Of a DNA stretch of 64,000 nucleotides, positions 18,901 to 27,755 are shown piece after piece. The notes beneath the pieces were generated by a model that was given only the letters and a program-made list of their open reading frames with translations, was not told the origin of the DNA and made no database searches. The first letter of the stretch is position 1. The number at the start of each line of letters is the position of its first letter. The position numbers and the translations under genes were made by a program. The stretch lies in NCBI GenBank assembly GCA_965223505.1, contig CBDCWP010000013.1, positions 32,001 through 96,000 on the forward strand. Direction: 5' to 3'. The DNA is from Planctomycetota bacterium (GTDB taxonomy: Bacteria > Planctomycetota > PLA2 > JAEUHO01).

Positions 18901-19408
18901 ATCGGCGGCAGACCGCGAGACGGCGCGCGAGGCGATGATGAGCGACCCCACGGTCTACGAGGACGCGGACGCGCTGGACCTGGCCATTCGGCTGATGTCG
19001 CTCACGGAGCACGCGAAGCAGGCCGAAGAGCTCGAGCACGTGCGGGCGGGCCTCGAGGCGCAGGACGGACTCCGTGAGCTTCGACGCGCGCAGCGTCTGC
19101 TCGCGCGGCACGACTTCGAGGGCGCTGCCCGGCACGCGGAGCAGGCAACGGAACGCCTGCCGCAGAGCACGGACGCGTGGGAGCTACGCGCGTTGGTGGA
19201 GCTGGCGCGGGCCGGCGCCGCACAAGGCGACGAGTCGGCGGTCGTGAGACACCGGGAGAACGCGACGTCCCACTTCCGAACGGCCCTGGACGCGAGCACG
19301 AGTCCGGCGGCGCGCGAGCGCGCACTGCGCATGCTCGGATGGTACGGACAGGGCGCCACGCTTCTGGACGGGGGCGCATCCCCCGACGACGCTGCGTTCC
19401 CCAACTGA
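15995..19408 (+). CDS. Fused MFS-like membrane domain / spermidine-synthase-like SAM domain / TPR protein
   Basis: Tandem hydrophobic repeats with G.LYA..T.GS..G; ALVVGHGAGWT, VEIDP, DGR, YDVIASQPSHPW and QWLQ; TPR-like C-terminus. Start may be 15905. Confidence 0.85.
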   Translation: MAHALLVALAAALTGATALAAELLWIRGVGRAVGAAPTALASVVAFFLAGLGAGAWLGGRAAAKSERPAKTAAILLLAAGIWVAVSPLLVGALPDMHAALRSLFGIELGAARWTAPFLSLFVVLVPALLLGAVFPFLVRFRVHDLRVAARRTGMLYASQTVGSAVGVLAVVLALPAFGEAFSLRIAGTCALGAALILLVLDRPLPHGSGPPGEAVPGRQAQGKGPVLVLFVGGAIALGVEMAWFRILLPLTGSHTLGSALLLGIALLGFGLGSLAAGWFAPRLRRCDLWAATALAAAGCLSFVSLPLMGDIPARVVSAHPSTGMARFNTVLLHAAWAMMPAALCFGAIFPLAFRVRADWTGQASRPAGRLFAWNAAGNVVGSLLAATLLLPLLGAERTLLILGICAVATAAYLRLRATNTARALPALLTAGPLLILLVPGLLADVMQSGPTLAEIVAVHKPLPKGMQLDDRDDLDLYAEMFCGRPARDRASGEAYPVYQGVASAIELFEEPGGTVGLRRGVLREARFDADDPDLPSTTETALGLLPALLHEDPKRALVVGHGAGWTAEAVLAVGVPHVAVVEIDPALFDAVEAYRGHPPAARRHRAAHIVAADGREVFRQAANGPAERRYDVIASQPSHPWSPVSSHMFTAEAYQAAHDALTDDGVMAQWLQLFDMTPELLQSAVATFRSVFPELWAWQFESEIILIGFRGKPRIHPRRWNTKLETGKRERSVALARRAGLSGPGMLLKHFVLDAAGVDRVITQSATPHRDDVPALEFELARRRLRGDPDLEVHALLFAGFPPNLAALVPDAKTRDAWIAEAVNGWLQAGDGDRARAWDEKFQWGSSVEGLRARARVAFARDAPELASNFLKLALTNDPKNGEIAAERIGALEAVLHIRSRDQTVRSEIEGIARAFPNDGRVLAALARAYVRTGAIHNARIAFEGALAATGHPAPPGTGLQYARLLLSASAADRETAREAMMSDPTVYEDADALDLAIRLMSLTEHAKQAEELEHVRAGLEAQDGLRELRRAQRLLARHDFEGAARHAEQATERLPQSTDAWELRALVELARAGAAQGDESAVVRHRENATSHFRTALDASTSPAARERALRMLGWYGQGATLLDGGASPDDAAFPN

Positions 19409-19417
19409 GAGACCTGA

Positions 19418-20656
19418 ATGCCCGATGCCCCCGCAGACCCGGACCGTCCGAACGAGTCCGACGGCGCGTCCGATGTGGTTCGTCTGGACGCGCCGAACGA
19501 CGAACCGGCGGTGTGGATCGAGAAACGCGGTGCGCTCGAGCAGCTCTGCGACGAGCTACGGCGCTGCGCGGAGGTCGCGCTCGACTCGGAGTCGAACTCG
19601 ATGCACGCGTACAGGGAGCGCACGTGCATCGTGCAGCTGACGGCAAACGGCCGGCACGCGATCATCGACGTCATCGCGCTCGGGAATCTGGCCCCGCTCC
19701 GAGCGGCGCTCGACCGGCCCGACGTCGAGGTCGTCATGCACGGAGGCGACTACGACGTCAGCTGTCTGACGCGCGACTTCGACTTCCGGTTCGACCGGGT
19801 GTTCGACACGATGATCGCCGCGACCATACTGTGCGAAGAGCGCGTGGGGCTGGCGGATCTCGTCGCGAAGTACTTCGGCGAGCGTCTCGAGAAGAAGTTC
19901 CAACGCGCGGACTGGGCCCGGCGCCCGCTCTCGAAGGAGCAGCTCGACTATCTGCAGCGCGACACGATCTACCTGCCCGCGCTGCGCGCCCACCTGGCGG
20001 AGGAGCTGAAGCGCAACAGACTCTGGGAAGAGGCCGAGATCGAGTTCCGCCACCTGGCGACGCGACGCGGAAGACGGCTCGAGACGGACCCGGACGGGTG
20101 GCGTCGCATCAAGGGCGCCCGCAAGCTCGATGGCGTCGGGCGCACCGTCTTGCGCGCGCTGCACCTGTGGCGCGAGGAACGCGCGCAGCAGCGGGACGTA
20201 CCGCCGTTCAAGGTGTTTCCGCCGCGCACCATGTTGCAGCTCGCGGCGCAGCCGCCGCGCAAGGCGCGCTTCCCGCGCGAGCTTCCGTTTCTCTCCCATC
20301 GCGAACGCTCGCGGTACGGCCGCCAGCTCATCGCAGCGATCCAGGAAGGCCTCGAGGCGCACGCGCGCGGCGACGTACCGCCGCGCAACGATCGGCCCAC
20401 GCTGTCCAAGGAAGAGGCCCGCGCCGCGCGCGCGCGCAAGCGACGCGAAGACACGTTGCGCGACTGGCGGCGCAAGGAGTTGGCGAAGCGCAAGGACGTA
20501 CCGGGCCTGGTCATCCTGCCGAACCGCGCGATCGCATGGTTGGCTGAGGAGATGCCGGCGTCATTGGACGCGATGCACGCATGCCCCGACATCGGATCCA
20601 AGCGGATCGAACGCTACGGCAACGCCATCCTCGACGTCTTGAACGCGCTGCGCTAG
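19418..20656 (+). CDS. rnd: Ribonuclease D-like 3'-5' exonuclease with HRDC domains
   Basis: ALDSESNSMHAY, HGGDYD, FDTMIAA, DWARRPL...Y..RD and two HRDC-like regions. Confidence 0.88.
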   Translation: MPDAPADPDRPNESDGASDVVRLDAPNDEPAVWIEKRGALEQLCDELRRCAEVALDSESNSMHAYRERTCIVQLTANGRHAIIDVIALGNLAPLRAALDRPDVEVVMHGGDYDVSCLTRDFDFRFDRVFDTMIAATILCEERVGLADLVAKYFGERLEKKFQRADWARRPLSKEQLDYLQRDTIYLPALRAHLAEELKRNRLWEEAEIEFRHLATRRGRRLETDPDGWRRIKGARKLDGVGRTVLRALHLWREERAQQRDVPPFKVFPPRTMLQLAAQPPRKARFPRELPFLSHRERSRYGRQLIAAIQEGLEAHARGDVPPRNDRPTLSKEEARAARARKRREDTLRDWRRKELAKRKDVPGLVILPNRAIAWLAEEMPASLDAMHACPDIGSKRIERYGNAILDVLNALR

Positions 20657-20666
20657 CGCGGCTGCG

Positions 20667-20972
20667 TCAGACTTCCCAGTCGACGTCGTCGTCGTCGTCG
20701 ACGTCGACCTCCAGGTCGTCGTCCAGGTCGTCGTCGTCATCGAAGTCGTCGTCGTCGTCGTCGTCGTCGAAGTCGTCGTCGAGCTCGTCGTCGAGGTCGT
20801 CATCGAGGTCGTCATCCAGATCGTCCTCGAGATCGTCGTCGAGGTCGTCATCCAGATCTTCGTCGAGGTCGTCGTCCAGATCGTCGTCGTCGTCGAGGTC
20901 GTCGTCACTCGAGACGGGAAACCCGGCTCGGGCGGAGCACAACTCCTCCAGCCACTCATCGAACACGAACAT
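20667..20972 (-). CDS. Extremely acidic low-complexity (DDDL)n protein
   Basis: GGAGG SD before the ATG; about 80 C-terminal residues are almost only Asp/Glu with periodic Leu/Phe/Val. Confidence 0.7.
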   Translation of the reverse strand: MFVFDEWLEELCSARAGFPVSSDDDLDDDDDLDDDLDEDLDDDLDDDLEDDLDDDLDDDLDDELDDDFDDDDDDDDFDDDDDLDDDLEVDVDDDDDVDWEV

Positions 20973-21055
20973 GGGCTTTCCTCCGACCGGGTCAATTCGT
21001 ACCTATACCCATTCGGATTGGGGAGTCAAGAGCGCCGATCTACGCTGGGCGCGCA

Positions 21056-22705
21056 ATGCAGATTGCCATCGCCCAGCTGAACACGACCACCGGCGACGTC
21101 GCGGGGAACTGCGCCCGCATTTCGGACGGCTGGCGGCGCGCCGCCGAAGCCGGTGCGGACCTCTACGTCGTTCCGGAGCTGGCCGTGATCGGCTACCCCC
21201 CGCGCGACCTGCTGCTGCGCGACGGGGTGGTGCGCGCCGTCGAAAGAGCCACAGAGGCGTTGGCCCGTGAGGGAGCGGGCGGCCCGCCGGCCATCGTCGG
21301 AACGATCATCCGCAACCCCAGCGAGACGGGACCGGCGCTTTGCAATGCAGCCGCGTTCCTGAGCGGCGGCAAGATCGAACGCGTCTACGCCAAGCGGCTG
21401 CTGCCGACGTACGACGTCTTCGACGAGCGGCGCTACTTCGCGCCCGGCGACGAGGCGGTCGTCGTGGACGTAGGAGGTAGGCACGTCGGGGTGTTGGTCT
21501 GCGAGGACCTGTGGGGCGCCGACCGCGTGAACGGACGCAGGCTCTACGAAGCCGATCCGCCGGGCGACCTCATGCAGGCGGGCGTCGACGTCGTCGTGGG
21601 CATCTCGGCGTCGCCGTACCACGGCGGCAAGGACTCGCACCGCCGGGACCTGTTCGCGGCGGAGGCGCGGCGGATGGGCGTCCCCCTCGTGTCCGTGCAG
21701 CAGGTCGGCGGCAACGACGACGTGTTGTTCGACGGCCGCAGCCGCGTGTTCGACGGAATGGGCCGCGTGATCGCGTGCCTCGCCGCGTTCGAAGAGGAAT
21801 TCGCCGTCGTCGATCTCGACGCGTCCGAGCCGCTCACGCTCGTCGATCCTCCGGACGAAGCGGAGGAGACGCGGCGCGCGCTCGTCATGGGTCTTCGTGA
21901 CTACGGCCGCAAGGTGGGGATGAGCACCGGGCTCATCGGACTGTCGGGCGGTGTCGACTCGGCGGTCGTCGCGTGCCTCGCGTGCGAGGCGTTCGGCGCG
22001 AAGAACGTCCTCGGTGTCAGCATGCCCGGACCGTTCACTTCGGACGCCAGCAAGGCCGACGCGCGCGCGCTCGCCGACAACCTCGGGATGGAGCTGATGG
22101 AGATCTCCATCCAGAAGCCGTACGAGGCGGCGCTGGAGGCGCTCGCGCCGTTCTTCGCGGGACGCGCGTTCGACGTGACCGAGGAGAATCTGCAGGCGCG
22201 GATGCGCGGGACGTATCTGATGGCGCTCTCGAACAAGCTCGGGCATCTCGTGCTGTCGACCGGCAACAAGAGCGAGGTTGCCGTCGGCTATTGCACGCTC
22301 TACGGCGACATGAACGGCGGCCTGGCGGTTCTCTCTGACGTCTGGAAGACGATGGTCTACGACATCGCGCGGCGCTACATGGGCGAGGGGTTCATCCCGG
22401 AGCGTACGGTGACGCGGCCGCCTTCGGCCGAGCTGGCGCCGGACCAGACCGACCAGGACTCGCTGCCGCCGTACGACGTGCTCGACCGCATTCTCGATCT
22501 GCGCATCGAGCAGGGGGCGAGTCTGCGGGAGATCGTGGAGAGCGGAGAGGATGCGGCGGTGGTCGAGCGCGTGCTGCGGATGGTGGAGCGCAACGAGTAC
22601 AAGCGCCGACAGATGGCGCCGGGACTGAAGGTGACGCCGACGGCCTTCGGTGTGGGCTGGAGAATGCCGATTGCCAGGCCGGTGGATCTGAGCGGAGAGA
22701 TGTAG
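21056..22705 (+). CDS. nadE: Glutamine-dependent NAD+ synthetase
   Basis: Nitrilase triad PEL/K/CEDLW; GLSGGVDS, ENLQAR.R, TGNKSE, GYCTLYGD, PPSAEL and YKRRQ. Confidence 0.96.
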   Translation: MQIAIAQLNTTTGDVAGNCARISDGWRRAAEAGADLYVVPELAVIGYPPRDLLLRDGVVRAVERATEALAREGAGGPPAIVGTIIRNPSETGPALCNAAAFLSGGKIERVYAKRLLPTYDVFDERRYFAPGDEAVVVDVGGRHVGVLVCEDLWGADRVNGRRLYEADPPGDLMQAGVDVVVGISASPYHGGKDSHRRDLFAAEARRMGVPLVSVQQVGGNDDVLFDGRSRVFDGMGRVIACLAAFEEEFAVVDLDASEPLTLVDPPDEAEETRRALVMGLRDYGRKVGMSTGLIGLSGGVDSAVVACLACEAFGAKNVLGVSMPGPFTSDASKADARALADNLGMELMEISIQKPYEAALEALAPFFAGRAFDVTEENLQARMRGTYLMALSNKLGHLVLSTGNKSEVAVGYCTLYGDMNGGLAVLSDVWKTMVYDIARRYMGEGFIPERTVTRPPSAELAPDQTDQDSLPPYDVLDRILDLRIEQGASLREIVESGEDAAVVERVLRMVERNEYKRRQMAPGLKVTPTAFGVGWRMPIARPVDLSGEM

Positions 22706-22732
22706 GCGGGAGTCGGGAACGTCTCCGGTTGC

Positions 22733-23968
22733 TCAGGCGCCTCTTCGCGCTCGCCGCTCCGAGTGACGCGGCGGCCTTGCCTCCTTCGTTCGTCCGGGAC
22801 CCGACTCGACATCGCCGACCGACATCCAGACCGACTTCAGATACCGGCCCTCGGGGACGTTCGCCGCCACCGGGTGATCGCCCGGCGCCCCGCCGACGTG
22901 CAGGAAACGCACGTGCCGCTTCGTATCCAGCGCCACGTCACGCAGCACGCCGAGAAACGCGTCCTCGCTCACCAACCCGGAACACGAGTTCGTCAGCACG
23001 ACCCCGCCGGGCTGGACGGCCTCGAGCGCGAGCCGATTCAAGTCCCGGTACTTCGCGAGCGCCGCGCTCAGTCCCGTACGGCCCCGCGCCCACTTGGCCG
23101 GGTCGATGATCAGAACCTGCGGCCGGGCCGCGGGCGGGCCGCTCCCCATCGTGCGCAGCGCGTCGAACACGTCGCCGTGCCGGAAGTCGACCGTCAGGTC
23201 GTTGAGCTCGGCGTTGCGACGGCCTTGCGCGAGCGCGTCTTCGTCCAGATCCATCGCGGTCACCGTCGTCGCGCCGCCCTTGGCGGCGGCGAGCGCGAAT
23301 CCGCCCGTGTACGTCATGCCGTCGAAGACCGACCGGCCGCGGGCCAATTCCATGAGCCGCGCGCGGTTGTCGCGCTGATCGAGGAAGAACCCTGTCTTGT
23401 GTCCGCCCGCCGGATCGACGCGGAACCGCACGCCGTTCTCGTGGATCTCGACCGGACGCATGCGCGGATGCGGCGGCGGCGGGATGCCCTCCTGCTGCGC
23501 GCTCTTCGCATCGACGCGGAAGACGACGTCTTTCGCGCCCGCCTCTTCGCGCAGTACGCGCTCGAGCTCCTTGCGCCGCTTGTACCACCCGATGCTGTAG
23601 ATCGCCGCCACCACGACCTCCCGGTAGCGGTCGACGACCAGACCCGGCAACCCGTCGGCTTCGGCATGCGCCAGGCGCCACGCGTTCGTCGTCTCGGGAA
23701 GGCGCAGGATGTCGCGTCGGAGCGTGTCCGCGGCGCGGACCTTCGCCCGCAGCCACGCTTCGTCCGGCACGAGGTTCGGGAAGTACGTCAGCATGCGCAC
23801 GCTGATCATCGAGCGCGTGTGTGCGAAGCCGTACCCGATGGGACGGCCCTCACGGGTCTTCACCTGGACGACGTCGCCGTCGCGCACGCTTCGGTCCATG
23901 CGCAGGACGCGCTTGGAGTAGATGTACGGATGGACGGGCGGACCGCCGCGCAGGACGACTTCGGACAT
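22733..23968 (-). CDS. rlmI: RlmI-like rRNA m5C methyltransferase
   Basis: PUA N-terminus, EADGLPGLVVDRY, GHKTGFFLDQRDNR, YTGGF, IDPAK, NSCSG and PEGRYLK. Confidence 0.88.
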   Translation of the reverse strand: MSEVVLRGGPPVHPYIYSKRVLRMDRSVRDGDVVQVKTREGRPIGYGFAHTRSMISVRMLTYFPNLVPDEAWLRAKVRAADTLRRDILRLPETTNAWRLAHAEADGLPGLVVDRYREVVVAAIYSIGWYKRRKELERVLREEAGAKDVVFRVDAKSAQQEGIPPPPHPRMRPVEIHENGVRFRVDPAGGHKTGFFLDQRDNRARLMELARGRSVFDGMTYTGGFALAAAKGGATTVTAMDLDEDALAQGRRNAELNDLTVDFRHGDVFDALRTMGSGPPAARPQVLIIDPAKWARGRTGLSAALAKYRDLNRLALEAVQPGGVVLTNSCSGLVSEDAFLGVLRDVALDTKRHVRFLHVGGAPGDHPVAANVPEGRYLKSVWMSVGDVESGPGRTKEARPPRHSERRARRGA

Positions 23969-24037
23969 GGGTGCGAGAGCCTCGTTCCGTTGGGCCGCGT
24001 CGCGAGCCCGGGGAGTTTTCCGACAGAGCCTAAGAGC

Positions 24038-25225
24038 CTACGCCTCGATGCCGATCTGTGCCGCGGCGATGGCGAAGTCGCGAGACAGCTCCTTTGCCGT
24101 CGGTCGGTCCGTGGGCCGCGGCAGCAGGCCCGAGAGCAATGCGTTCTGCATCGACCCGGGCACGGTACGGCCGAGTTCCTCCAGCTTGGGCGGCAACGCG
24201 CCGGCCTGCGCCAGCGTCTCGAGCACGTCGCCGCCCTGCGCGGGCGGCCGCCCGGCGACCAGCGCATAGCCCACGGCCGCGATCCCGTAGACGTCGACCG
24301 CGGGCGTCGCGCTCGTGCCCTCGACGACGACCTCGGGCGCGATGTAGCCCGGCGTGCCGAGCACACCCGGCGACGGCTCGATGCCCTCTTCGGCGCGTAC
24401 CGCGTGTCCGAAGTCGATCAACACGCCCGCGCCGGCCGGGCGCACGATCACGTTGCCCGGCGAGATGTCGCGGTGAATCACGCCGCGCGCGTGCAGATGC
24501 GCCACGGCCTCGCTCAAGCTGCAGAGCACCGCCACGGCCTGCCCCGGGTCGATGCCGCCGATGCGCACCAGATCGCTCGCGGGTTGCCCCGTCTCGAACC
24601 GCGTCGCCATCCAGCGCACATAGCCGTCGTCGGTGTTCGCGAGGCCCCCGTCGATCACCGGCGCGAGCGCGTCGTGCGGACCGCCCGCGAGCGCGGTCAG
24701 CGTGCGCAGGTATCGATCGCCGTCTTGGAACGACGGCACGCGTCCGAGCACCTTGACGATCAGCGAGTCCCCTTCGGCTTCACGCTGCACGCGGCGCGAG
24801 CGGCCGTCGGATCCGATCGGCGCACCTTCCCCCCACGCCCACGGTCCGAAGCGCGCCGCGCGACTCTCGGGGTGGTTCGACCACGCCTCCGCCCACGAAG
24901 CGCCCTCCGGAACGAAGCTCCCCTCCATGGGATTCGAGAACCGCAGGCGCACGGGCGGATCGTCGTCAGGCCGCGTGAGCTGCACGACGTCCCCGTCGCG
25001 CAGCGGCATCATCGGAACGCTCTTGCCATTGACGTAGACACGCTCGTCCTCGGTGGCGGTGAGCACGAACTCACCTTTTAGATAGCGCAGACGCGCGTGT
25101 CGCGGTCCGACACGTGGATCTCGCAGCACGAGGTGGCAGTCCAGATCACGTCCGATCCAGAACCGGCCCGTCGTCACGGGGACGCGGGCGCCGGTGGCGT
25201 CTTCGCGCACGAGGGCGACGGGCAT
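24038..25225 (-). CDS. FHA-domain Ser/Thr protein kinase
   Basis: IGR...C.L.L.DP.V..RHA FHA motif; HRDISPGN, DFG, GTPGYIAPE and DVYG. Confidence 0.88.
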   Translation of the reverse strand: MPVALVREDATGARVPVTTGRFWIGRDLDCHLVLRDPRVGPRHARLRYLKGEFVLTATEDERVYVNGKSVPMMPLRDGDVVQLTRPDDDPPVRLRFSNPMEGSFVPEGASWAEAWSNHPESRAARFGPWAWGEGAPIGSDGRSRRVQREAEGDSLIVKVLGRVPSFQDGDRYLRTLTALAGGPHDALAPVIDGGLANTDDGYVRWMATRFETGQPASDLVRIGGIDPGQAVAVLCSLSEAVAHLHARGVIHRDISPGNVIVRPAGAGVLIDFGHAVRAEEGIEPSPGVLGTPGYIAPEVVVEGTSATPAVDVYGIAAVGYALVAGRPPAQGGDVLETLAQAGALPPKLEELGRTVPGSMQNALLSGLLPRPTDRPTAKELSRDFAIAAAQIGIEA

Positions 25226-25241
25226 CAGCGACGGCCCCGCA

Positions 25242-25580
25242 TCACGGATGGCTCCGGTAGACGATCTCGCATCCGCCGGCATCGACGACGTCGCCGTCCT
25301 TGAGCAACGCTTTGCCGGGGAACGGAGCGCCGTTCAACAGGGTGCCGTTCGTGGACTCGAGGTCGCGTACGACGTGCCCGCCCATCGCCTCCTCTTCGGC
25401 GGCCGTGTCCTCCATGCGGACCGTGCCGCGCGCGGGCTCGAAGCTGACGTGCCGGCGCGACGCCCGCGGCGCCTCGATGGGCACGTCGCAGTCCTGGGAG
25501 CGGCCGACGATCACCTCGTCCGCGGGACGCAGGTCCAGCAGGTAGGTTCGATCCCGGTCCTTGACGATGAGCTTGGCCAA
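25242..25580 (-). CDS. Stand-alone FHA domain protein
   Basis: VGRS.DCDV.I...ASRRH and RDLESTNGTLLNG. Confidence 0.88.
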   Translation of the reverse strand: MAKLIVKDRDRTYLLDLRPADEVIVGRSQDCDVPIEAPRASRRHVSFEPARGTVRMEDTAAEEEAMGGHVVRDLESTNGTLLNGAPFPGKALLKDGDVVDAGGCEIVYRSHP

Positions 25581-25753
25581 CGGCGACTCCGGCTGCCTCC
25601 CGGCGGGCTTGGGGGGCCAGCGTATCGCGGTCTGACGGCCATGCGAACCAGCGCGCGAAGATGGCCGAATTCGGGTTCGGCTTGTTGTGGGATCCGCGCG
25701 ATCCGCGGCCTACATTCACGCGGTTCAGCCCCTCGAAACGTGGAATTCAGGCC

Positions 25754-27067
25754 GTGAACAGCATCACGTCGACGCAAGAGCTCCCCGTCGATCGCATCGA
25801 GATCAAGGAGTTCGAAAACCTCTACCAGATGGCGGTGGCCCAGTTCCACCAGGCCGCGGCGCGCATGGACCTGCCGCCGGCGCTGCTCGAGATCCTGAGC
25901 CAGCCCAAGACCGAGATCATCGTCAACTTCCCCATCAGGAAAGACGACGGCTCGACGATCATGTGCAAGGGCTACCGGATCCAGCACAACAACATCCTGG
26001 GTTGCTACAAGGGCGGGCTGCGCTTCAGCCCGCAGGTGCATCTCGACGAGGTCAAGGCGCTCGCCGCGTGGATGACGTGGAAGTGCTCGTTGGCCGACCT
26101 CCCGTTCGGCGGCGGCAAGGGCGGCATCCAGATCGACCCGACGCAGCTCTCCGAAGCCGAGCTCGAACGCGTCACGCGGCGCTTCACCCACGCACTCGGG
26201 GCGAACATCGGTCCGGACTACGACATCCCCGCGCCTGACATGGGGACCAACGCCCAGACCATGGTCTGGATGATGGACACATACATGAACACGGTGGCGT
26301 TCGCGAACAAGAACACGTCGCGCCACGTGGTCACGGGCAAGACGCTCGGCGCCGGCGGCTCGAAGGGTCGTGAAGAGGCGACCGGCCGCGGCACGGTCTA
26401 CAGCATCGCGTCGTGGGCCATCGACAACGGCATCGACCTGAATCACTGCACCTTCTCGGTGCAGGGATACGGCAACGTGGGGTCGTGGGCCGCGAAGATC
26501 CTGCAGAACGAGTACGGCGCCAAGCTGATCGCCGCGCAAGACCACACCGGCAGCATCTGCAACAAGAAGGGCATCAACGCCGACGACCTGGCGTCGCACG
26601 TGGAGGGCCACGGGGGCGTCTTCGAGTACGAGTCGGCGGACGCGATCAGCGACGACGACTTCTGGAGCACGAAGGTCGACATCGTGATTCCGGCGGCGCT
26701 CGAGTGGCAGGTCACGGCGGAGAACGCGCCGAAGATGAACTGCCGTCTCGTGGCGGAGGCCGCAAACGGTCCGACGACGCCCGCGGCGGAGAAGATCCTG
26801 CGCGAGAACGACGTCGAGGTGATTCCGGACATCCTCTGCAACGCCGGCGGCGTGATCGTGTCGTTCTTCGAGTGGACACAAAACAAGCGCGGTGAGACCT
26901 GGTACATCGACGAGGTGCGTCACAAGCTCAAGCGCCGCATGGCCGACGCGTACGACCGCGTCACGCAGGCCTGCAACGAGTACCGCTGCTCGCAGCGCGA
27001 CGGGGCGATGATCGTGGCGCTCAAGCGCGTCGCGCAGGCCTACGAAGAGCGCGGCATCTTCCCGTAG
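25754..27067 (+). CDS. gdhA: Glu/Leu/Phe/Val dehydrogenase (glutamate dehydrogenase, small type)
   Basis: KGGLRF, MTWKC, PFGGGKGG, DIPAPDMGTN, VTGK, ATGRG, QGYGNVG and EAANGP. Confidence 0.92.
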   Translation: MNSITSTQELPVDRIEIKEFENLYQMAVAQFHQAAARMDLPPALLEILSQPKTEIIVNFPIRKDDGSTIMCKGYRIQHNNILGCYKGGLRFSPQVHLDEVKALAAWMTWKCSLADLPFGGGKGGIQIDPTQLSEAELERVTRRFTHALGANIGPDYDIPAPDMGTNAQTMVWMMDTYMNTVAFANKNTSRHVVTGKTLGAGGSKGREEATGRGTVYSIASWAIDNGIDLNHCTFSVQGYGNVGSWAAKILQNEYGAKLIAAQDHTGSICNKKGINADDLASHVEGHGGVFEYESADAISDDDFWSTKVDIVIPAALEWQVTAENAPKMNCRLVAEAANGPTTPAAEKILRENDVEVIPDILCNAGGVIVSFFEWTQNKRGETWYIDEVRHKLKRRMADAYDRVTQACNEYRCSQRDGAMIVALKRVAQAYEERGIFP

Positions 27068-27077
27068 GGGCGCGCAC

Positions 27078-27578
27078 GTGTCCGGGGACGGCGACGACCT
27101 GCTGTGGCGGCCGCTCCCCGGCGACGTCGGCGACTACACGCCGGCGCGACCGCGGCTCGCCGTGGACGCGTGGCTGGGCGTGCCGGCGGCGGAAGGCTGG
27201 CGGGTTCTCATGCTGCGCCGCACGCAGGCCCACGGCGGCTTCTGGCAGGGCATCTCGGGGCGCGTCGAGCCTGCCGACGCCACCTTGGGGGAGGCGGCGT
27301 TACGCGAGATTCGTGAGGAGACCGGACTCGCAAGCGGCGTCCGGCTGATCGACCTCGGCCGCTGGATCGAATTCGTCTCGCCCTTCTCGGGGCGCTCCTA
27401 CCGCAAGCGCAGCCTGGGCGCGATCCTGCCGGCGGGCACGGAGCCGAGCGACGTCGTGTTCTCGGACGAGCACGACGAGGCGCGGTTGGTCGACTTCGAC
27501 GAAGCGCGGGCGTTGGTGAAGTGGGATCTCAACGTGGAAGAGCTGACCGCGCTGGAGGCGGCGCTGTCCCGTCCGTAG
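27078..27578 (+). CDS. NUDIX hydrolase (NudB-like)
   Basis: GFWQGISGRVE...AALREIREETG Nudix box; SDEH. Confidence 0.85.
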   Translation: MSGDGDDLLWRPLPGDVGDYTPARPRLAVDAWLGVPAAEGWRVLMLRRTQAHGGFWQGISGRVEPADATLGEAALREIREETGLASGVRLIDLGRWIEFVSPFSGRSYRKRSLGAILPAGTEPSDVVFSDEHDEARLVDFDEARALVKWDLNVEELTALEAALSRP

Positions 27579-27665
27579 GAAACGGGCCTACGACAAGCTT
27601 CATCGCTGCGCCTCCCTGATCCAGTACGCACGACTGTACGTGCGCCCCCGTTCCGTAGGGTCGCT

Positions 27666-27751
27666 GGGGCGAAGGCACCGCAAAGCGACGGAGGACGCCG
27701 CGTGGTCAGCCACGCAAGGACGACGGCGCGCAGCGCTGCCGAGCATCCAGC
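27666..27751. repeat. Dispersed structured intergenic repeat, copy 2
   Basis: Matches 5640-5733; inner hairpin GCGTGG-tcag-CCACGC. Confidence 0.75.
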
Positions 27752-27755
27752 GGGC

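Noticed and set aside
20680..20910. Repetitive block as a possible CRISPR array
   Set aside because: The periodicity is at codon level, with no constant repeat, no unique spacers and no cas genes.
20581..21270. Ser/Arg-rich plus-strand ORF and Thr-rich minus-strand ORF over the GAC/GTC repeats
   Set aside because: These are alternate frames of the Asp-rich gene; only the Asp frame has an SD and avoids overlapping rnd and nadE.
22763..25081. 772-aa plus-strand ORF
   Set aside because: Antisense shadow of the rlmI-like and kinase genes.
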